Shown piece after piece: positions 58,816 to 64,000 of a DNA stretch of 64,000 nt. Numbering within the stretch: the stretch's first letter is position 1; every line of letters begins with the position of its first letter. The notes under the pieces were generated by a model, which worked only from the letters and a program-made list of their open reading frames with translations, searched no databases and had not been told where the DNA came from. The DNA is taken from IMG/VR virus record IMGVR_UViG_3300031992_000039, positions 1 to 64,000 of that record; one strand, 5' to 3'. The translations under genes and the position numbers were made by a program. Source of the stretch: a virus. Lineage: Duplodnaviria; Caudoviricetes.

Positions 58816-59865
58816 ATGGAATTTTCAAAATTACAAGAAGAGGTATTGAGAGCGCCAGACGATAAAATTGTTGTGATGTCATGCGCGGCTTCGGGCAAAA
58901 CGACTATTATGACAGAGAAAACTCGGCGTTTATTGCGCGCAGGTGTATCGCCTAAAGATATGGCAGTTATCACATTCACGACAATGGCTGCGACAGAATT
59001 GCGTCAACGACTCGGAGATGATTACAAAGATGGGCTATTTGTAGGTACAATCCACGCTCTTGCAAATTATTTTCTCTTATCCTCTGGAATAGATACAAAA
59101 GATCTTTTAGATGAAGAGAACTTTGATAAACTTTTTGATAGAGTCGCGCACAATCCACGCTGTATAAAAAGTATAGATTACATAATTCTCGATGAGGCAC
59201 AGGACACGGATAAGCTCCAATTTAAATTTTTACTTGAAATGATAAACCCACGACACTTCTTTATAGTCGGTGATGTGCGCCAATCTATTTATAGATGGAG
59301 AGCGGCGCGCCCTGACCTTTTACTTGAAATAATGAAGAGATCGGATGTGCGAGTTTTTGATATGAATGAAAATTATCGAAATGGGTCTAATATTCTAATG
59401 TTTGCTAAAGGGCTTATAAGTCCTACTGGTCTTAATGATACATCAATCTCACGCAGTCCGCAAAAAGGGGAAGTTATACGAACCTCATACTCACCCACTC
59501 AAATTATAGAAATTTTACGAGAAAGCCCCGACCTCTATAAAGATTGGGCGATTCTAACTCGCACAAACAAAGAAATTTGGGATATATCTATAGTTTTGAA
59601 AAAGAACGGGATTCCTTTTGAAACTTTTAAACAAGGAGATCTTTCAAAAGATGAATTATTGGAGAAGATGGAAAAGAATACAGTTAAATTATTAACTGTT
59701 CATAGCGCGAAAGGGTTAGAGTGGAAGAATGTAATTGTTATTGGGATGAAGTATTATGATGATGAAGAGAGAAGTGTATGTTATGTAGCCGCGACAAGAG
59801 CAAAAGAACGACTTATATGGATGGGTTATCCACCTAAAAGTAGAAAGAATAGGTATAGTTTTTAA
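58816..59865 (+). CDS. Compact UvrD/Rep-like SF1 helicase
   Basis: AASGKT, TFT, TIH, DEAQD, GD..QSIY, NYR, TVHSAKGLE and YVA.TRA. Confidence 0.9.
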   Translation: MEFSKLQEEVLRAPDDKIVVMSCAASGKTTIMTEKTRRLLRAGVSPKDMAVITFTTMAATELRQRLGDDYKDGLFVGTIHALANYFLLSSGIDTKDLLDEENFDKLFDRVAHNPRCIKSIDYIILDEAQDTDKLQFKFLLEMINPRHFFIVGDVRQSIYRWRAARPDLLLEIMKRSDVRVFDMNENYRNGSNILMFAKGLISPTGLNDTSISRSPQKGEVIRTSYSPTQIIEILRESPDLYKDWAILTRTNKEIWDISIVLKKNGIPFETFKQGDLSKDELLEKMEKNTVKLLTVHSAKGLEWKNVIVIGMKYYDDEERSVCYVAATRAKERLIWMGYPPKSRKNRYSF

Positions 59866-59912
59866 AATAAAAAAGAAAGGTTTGAACCTTTCTTTTATTT
59901 TTAGATTTTATT

Positions 59913-60128
59913 TTACGCCTTAGCTGATTCTTCTTGTTTGGACTGGTTAAATTTTTGAAAGATTGCTTTTATAATTGCGGGATTCACATTATTAGGTGTT
60001 TCAAGCACATAAGTAATTATCGCATCTTCTAATGAAAGAACTACTTCCGCTGCCGCTTCCTGCACCACTTCAGGCTCACTTTCGAGGCCTGGAGCATTGT
60101 CATCTATTTCAAATTCTCTTTCTTCCAT
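59913..60128 (-). CDS. Small acidic protein with YV..TP.N.N motif
   Basis: AGGAGG RBS; terminator at about 59870-59895. Confidence 0.65.
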   Translation of the reverse strand: MEEREFEIDDNAPGLESEPEVVQEAAAEVVLSLEDAIITYVLETPNNVNPAIIKAIFQKFNQSKQEESAKA

Positions 60129-60203
60129 TTAATTTTCCTCCTATATAAAATTTTATTACTTTTTCTCTTCATTTCGGATGGGACATCGAGATTAATCAAA
60201 AGA

Positions 60204-61427
60204 TTAACCCAAACAGAAGCCGGGCACAACACCGTTAGCATTGGAAGCATCGTCGCCGCCGCCGCTACCGTCACCGAAGACGATCCCGAAGCCGCTGGCA
60301 CCAGTCTTCTCGTCGAAAAAGCCAGATCGCAACCGCCAGAAAATTGGACTACTATCCAGCAAATTAGGTTTGCGTCTAATTCGAGTTGACGGGCTATACA
60401 CTGGACCGGTAGATTCGTAGATGCCAAATATCTCACGAGTTGACGGTATCCAAATAGTTTCCACAGACGACATCTCAGTGAATACTTCACCGGATGCAGT
60501 AAATCCGATGCTATGTTTCACAACGGGAGTGAGATTAGTTCGCACAACTTCAGGTAGCAGTGCTTTAATGGTTGTATCGAGGTATGTTTTCATTTCAGAC
60601 GCAGGATAACCGCCTAAACAACCCGTACCCGAAGTACCTGCTGAATACGCCGGATTCATTCGATGTGTAGTTGTAAGGGCCTGTTTCGCAAGGAATGAAA
60701 GCGGAACTACATCACCATTCTCTTTGACATCCTTATCAATTCCGACAATTTCATATCTGATAGTACCTTCAGCACCCATGTCGATCGTTTTGTAGTCATG
60801 CAGGTGATACTTTGTCGCATAAGTGCCGTCCTGTGTCGCTGAAATTATCTGTTCCCAAGTATCTGTGATTTCTACTCCCGCGTCTTCACCGTAATGGATA
60901 ATAGCGTTAGTGGCTCCCCAAGGAGCTCCCGCAACTGCACCACTTGCCCATGGGACATATATATCAGCTAATGCTGTAAGTCCTTGGAACGCTAGGTTAG
61001 AAATGAATGAAGGAGTTCCGCGGAATGTGACAGACGCGAGCGCTGTATCTCCGCTGAACGCCTTCTCCGAGATCTGGACACAATTAGCGGGAATAGTGAA
61101 GGAAGTAAGCGCGGTCAATCCTGCCAGACCGCCTAACGCGATTCCATACAAGTTATCGCATTCTAGTTGAGTCATGTGAGACAACTCGAGTGTAGGAAGA
61201 ACTAATCCGTTGATTCCGGTTCCGTACGTACCAATGTACGCTGAATTGACAACAGCACCCTTAGTGATGTTACCGCTGGAATCCTTCTCAAGCGCAACAA
61301 ATCCACGAACGGACGATGTATCGCCACACTCTTCTGGTAAATTATCTACTAAACTTTTTAAGACCGCATAGTTTGTATTATGAGGTGTATTCATTACATA
61401 ATTTATAACTTCTTCTTTTGTACTCAC
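60204..61427 (-). CDS. BspA-type LRR plus C-terminal CLec-like (WxLRS...GVVPGFC) protein; DGR-target-like adhesin
   Basis: LTSFTIP..I...AF repeats; C-terminus rich in NNC codons. Confidence 0.7.
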   Translation of the reverse strand: MSTKEEVINYVMNTPHNTNYAVLKSLVDNLPEECGDTSSVRGFVALEKDSSGNITKGAVVNSAYIGTYGTGINGLVLPTLELSHMTQLECDNLYGIALGGLAGLTALTSFTIPANCVQISEKAFSGDTALASVTFRGTPSFISNLAFQGLTALADIYVPWASGAVAGAPWGATNAIIHYGEDAGVEITDTWEQIISATQDGTYATKYHLHDYKTIDMGAEGTIRYEIVGIDKDVKENGDVVPLSFLAKQALTTTHRMNPAYSAGTSGTGCLGGYPASEMKTYLDTTIKALLPEVVRTNLTPVVKHSIGFTASGEVFTEMSSVETIWIPSTREIFGIYESTGPVYSPSTRIRRKPNLLDSSPIFWRLRSGFFDEKTGASGFGIVFGDGSGGGDDASNANGVVPGFCLG

Positions 61428-61570
61428 TTATTTTTCCTCCTAATTTAATCTATCTCATATATAAAAGTAGATTTCAAAGCCATTTACTCTATAAATTTGA
61501 AATTTCCTTAAATTTATATTATAATATATATAGAATATAAAAGAATTATATTAAAAGGAAGTAAATACTA

Positions 61571-63415
61571 ATGAGTTATGGTATAGACGATATAAAATCG
61601 CTTTCATTTCGCGATGGTGTGCGCGAGCGCATACAGATGTATCTTGGAAGTGATGACCTTGAAGGAACATATCAGGCTTTTAAAGAAATTATAAATAATT
61701 CTACTGATGAAGCAATTGCGGGATTCGGTAAGAAAATTGAAATTTCAGTAGATGAAAAGGTAAATGATATAAAAATTCGTGATTATGGCCGTGGGGTTCC
61801 TTTTGGAATTAGAGAAGATGGAGAAAATGTACTTGTATCAATCTATTCAAAATCCCACACAGGCGGAAAATTTGAGGAAGGCGCGTACAAGAACGCATCG
61901 GGTCTCAATGGTATAGGAGCTAAATGCGTATGTTTAAGCGCAAAAGAGTTCCAAGTTTTTTCTTTTAGAAGTGGGACTTTAGGATTTGCTTATTTTAAGA
62001 AAGGTGAACTTGTAGAATATAAAGAAGTGCCCACTAATGAGCCTAATGGTACGCTTATTCATTTTATACCTGATCCCGAAGTTTTTAAGACTGGAGAAAT
62101 TGGATACTCGTATGAAAGAATTTGTAATGACATAAAAAATATATCTTATTTATATAGCGGTATAACTTTTGAAATTACAAATGCTGTGACTAAAGAAGTA
62201 AAAACTTATTGTGCAAAAAATGGTATAGTAGATTATATACGAGATAATGTACCCAATCCTCTTCATAAGCATATTATAACCGAAGTAGTAGAAGATGAAA
62301 CTGATCGTCTTGAAATTGCTTTTCAATGGGGTAGTAAAAAAGAGGAGTCACGCGTATTCGTAAATGGACTTCTTTGCCCAGAAGGCGGCAGTCCTATAAC
62401 TGGAGCAAAAACAGCAATAACTCGTACATTTAATTCACTCTCCAAACAAAACTTCGATGGCGATAGTATAAGAGAAAATTTATTTTATGTAATAAATTGC
62501 TCTGTTGCCCAGCCCAGTTTTGCAAATCAAACAAAAACAAAAATTAATAATACAAATTTACGCACAATGGCGTCAAATGCTTTTTCAAATGCGTTAAAAC
62601 AAATGAATTTAAAGTATAAAGATGAATTCGATACTATTGTAGAATTACTAAAAAAGGTCGCTCGCGCAGAGGCCGCCGCAGAGAAGGCGCGTCAGCAAGT
62701 TTTGAACGCAACAAAAGAAATTGAGAAGAATCAGAAGAAGAAAGTTTTCGCATCAGATAAGTTGAAGGATGCAGAGTTTTTAGGTGAAGATTCTACTTTA
62801 CTTCTTGTTGAGGGATTAAGTGCTGCCTCTTCAATGGCGCAGGCGCGCGATGAGAAAAAATATGGAATTCTCGCACTTCGTGGTAAGCCAATAAACGCTT
62901 TCTCAAATCCCGATGAGAAGATTTACGAAAATGAAGAAGTTAAATTGCTTTTGAGCGCGATGAACATCATACCGGGCAAATACAACGCATCTAAGTTGCG
63001 CTATGGAAAGATTGGCATAACCGTTGATGCAGATGCGGACGGGTACTCAATCGGGCTTCTTATAATGTGTCTTTTGTATAAGTTCGCACCACAATTTATA
63101 GAAGAGGGACGCTTATGTTGGCTTAGATCGCCGCTTTATATTGTTTCGTCTGGAAAGAAAGAATATTATTATTTTACAGATGAAGAATATAATAAGCGTA
63201 CAGTAAAAGGCGTCACAACTCGCGCGAAGGGATTGGGCGCTTTGTCCGCGGACCAGGCTCGTCGTTCCATGTTTACAGAAGAATTCCAGCGTATGGATAA
63301 GCTTATGCCAGATGAAGAATCTTTGAACTTATTGCTTGATTTAATGGGTAAGGATTCCGAGCCAAAGCATAACTTTATTTGGGATAATATAGATTTTTCG
63401 GAGATAAAGGAGTGA
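61571..63415 (+). CDS. gyrB: Type II topoisomerase subunit B (GyrB/ParE-like)
   Basis: R.R..MY.G, EII.NS.DE, DYGRG.P, H.GGKF, GLNG.G, VEGLSA, LRGK and DADADG. Confidence 0.93.
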   Translation: MSYGIDDIKSLSFRDGVRERIQMYLGSDDLEGTYQAFKEIINNSTDEAIAGFGKKIEISVDEKVNDIKIRDYGRGVPFGIREDGENVLVSIYSKSHTGGKFEEGAYKNASGLNGIGAKCVCLSAKEFQVFSFRSGTLGFAYFKKGELVEYKEVPTNEPNGTLIHFIPDPEVFKTGEIGYSYERICNDIKNISYLYSGITFEITNAVTKEVKTYCAKNGIVDYIRDNVPNPLHKHIITEVVEDETDRLEIAFQWGSKKEESRVFVNGLLCPEGGSPITGAKTAITRTFNSLSKQNFDGDSIRENLFYVINCSVAQPSFANQTKTKINNTNLRTMASNAFSNALKQMNLKYKDEFDTIVELLKKVARAEAAAEKARQQVLNATKEIEKNQKKKVFASDKLKDAEFLGEDSTLLLVEGLSAASSMAQARDEKKYGILALRGKPINAFSNPDEKIYENEEVKLLLSAMNIIPGKYNASKLRYGKIGITVDADADGYSIGLLIMCLLYKFAPQFIEEGRLCWLRSPLYIVSSGKKEYYYFTDEEYNKRTVKGVTTRAKGLGALSADQARRSMFTEEFQRMDKLMPDEESLNLLLDLMGKDSEPKHNFIWDNIDFSEIKE

Positions 63416-63419
63416 AGAT

Positions 63420-63794
63420 ATGCAATTTATTCGATATGATCTGGATTATAATCCTAATCCTTTACACCCTCAAGAGGCAATTAAGGAATTAGGTTTTAAA
63501 GTAATTCATGGCGTACCCCAGTCTATATATAGCTGTTGGTGGTTTTGCGTAGAAGATTATGATTTTAATATCGAAGAAAGGGCAAAAACTGATTATAGGT
63601 ATAAATATGTCTCAGTAATGCTTCCTTATTCATTAAAATATTGGCGTGATCATTGCTTTAATAATTGTGAATATTTTGAAAAATCTTTTAATGTACAAAC
63701 CCAAACTCATAATTGGGAATGGTGTTGTTATGGAGGCGAGCGTTGTTTTAAAGAAGGAGATAAAAATGGAACAAAATTTAACACCGATAATTAA
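63420..63794 (+). CDS. Hypothetical Cys/aromatic-rich protein between the topoisomerase subunits
   Basis: 124 aa, AAGGAG RBS. Confidence 0.55.
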   Translation: MQFIRYDLDYNPNPLHPQEAIKELGFKVIHGVPQSIYSCWWFCVEDYDFNIEERAKTDYRYKYVSVMLPYSLKYWRDHCFNNCEYFEKSFNVQTQTHNWEWCCYGGERCFKEGDKNGTKFNTDN

Positions 63795-64000
63795 AGATAG
63801 CTTCCTTCAGTTTAGTGGCGCGGTTCTTCAAAGTCGTGCCCTTTCTGATGTGCGCGATAACTTTAAGCCGTCTGCGCGCCAGATCTTTTACTGTATGTAT
63901 ACGGATAAGTTTATCCATTCAAAACCGTTTCAGAAAACTCTAAAGTCGATTGGCTCTGCTTTCCGTATGTATATACACGGTGATGCAAGTGCCGAAGGCG
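63766..64000 (+). CDS. gyrA: Type II topoisomerase subunit A (GyrA/ParC-like), partial
   Basis: MEQNLT...SRAL.DVRD..KP..R...YIHGDAS; runs off the window. Confidence 0.9.
   Translation, partial: MEQNLTPIIKDSFLQFSGAVLQSRALSDVRDNFKPSARQIFYCMYTDKFIHSKPFQKTLKSIGSAFRMYIHGDASAEG

Noticed and set aside
1-64000. Genome-wide TAG reassignment
   Set aside because: Capsid, portal, lysis and replication genes are intact under the standard code; TAG at 30603 ends a protein at the same ERSEE position where its paralog uses TGA

Overview
This window is part of the genome of a large, AT-rich tailed phage, probably infecting a Firmicute (Clostridia-like host, judged from sigma-A promoters and strong GGAG ribosome-binding sites). 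From left to right: (i) 1-12.5 kb, minus strand: an SPbeta-like head and packaging module (major capsid protein, decoration protein, protease/scaffold, portal). The terminase large subunit is split by two group I introns, each carrying an HNH homing endonuclease. (ii) 12.8-23.6 kb, plus strand: an array of short promoter-gene-terminator cassettes. They are separated by about 20 same-orientation copies of a rigidly spaced DNA element (WATATATT-N6-CCGGGC-N4-WATATAY) that is helically phased with the downstream -35 boxes. (iii) 23.7-26 kb: repeat-rich non-coding DNA, including an origin-like segment bracketed by a perfect 23-bp inverted repeat. (iv) 26-43.7 kb, minus strand: accessory and nucleotide/RNA-repair genes (RNA ligase, polynucleotide kinase, nicotinamidase, ThyX-like, kinase-like, PhoH, ClpP-like). 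(v) 43.7-48.1 kb: a tRNA cluster with a Ser-like amber suppressor (CUA), two tRNA-like RNAs with a deleted or greatly extended anticodon arm, and several 300-500 nt highly structured ncRNA candidates. (vi) 48-64 kb: lysis genes, RNase H, glycosyltransferase, DNA ligase, GIY-YIG nucleases, a UvrD-like helicase, a protein with a DGR-type variable region, and type II topoisomerase subunits. All functional calls come from motif recognition by eye; no searches were run.
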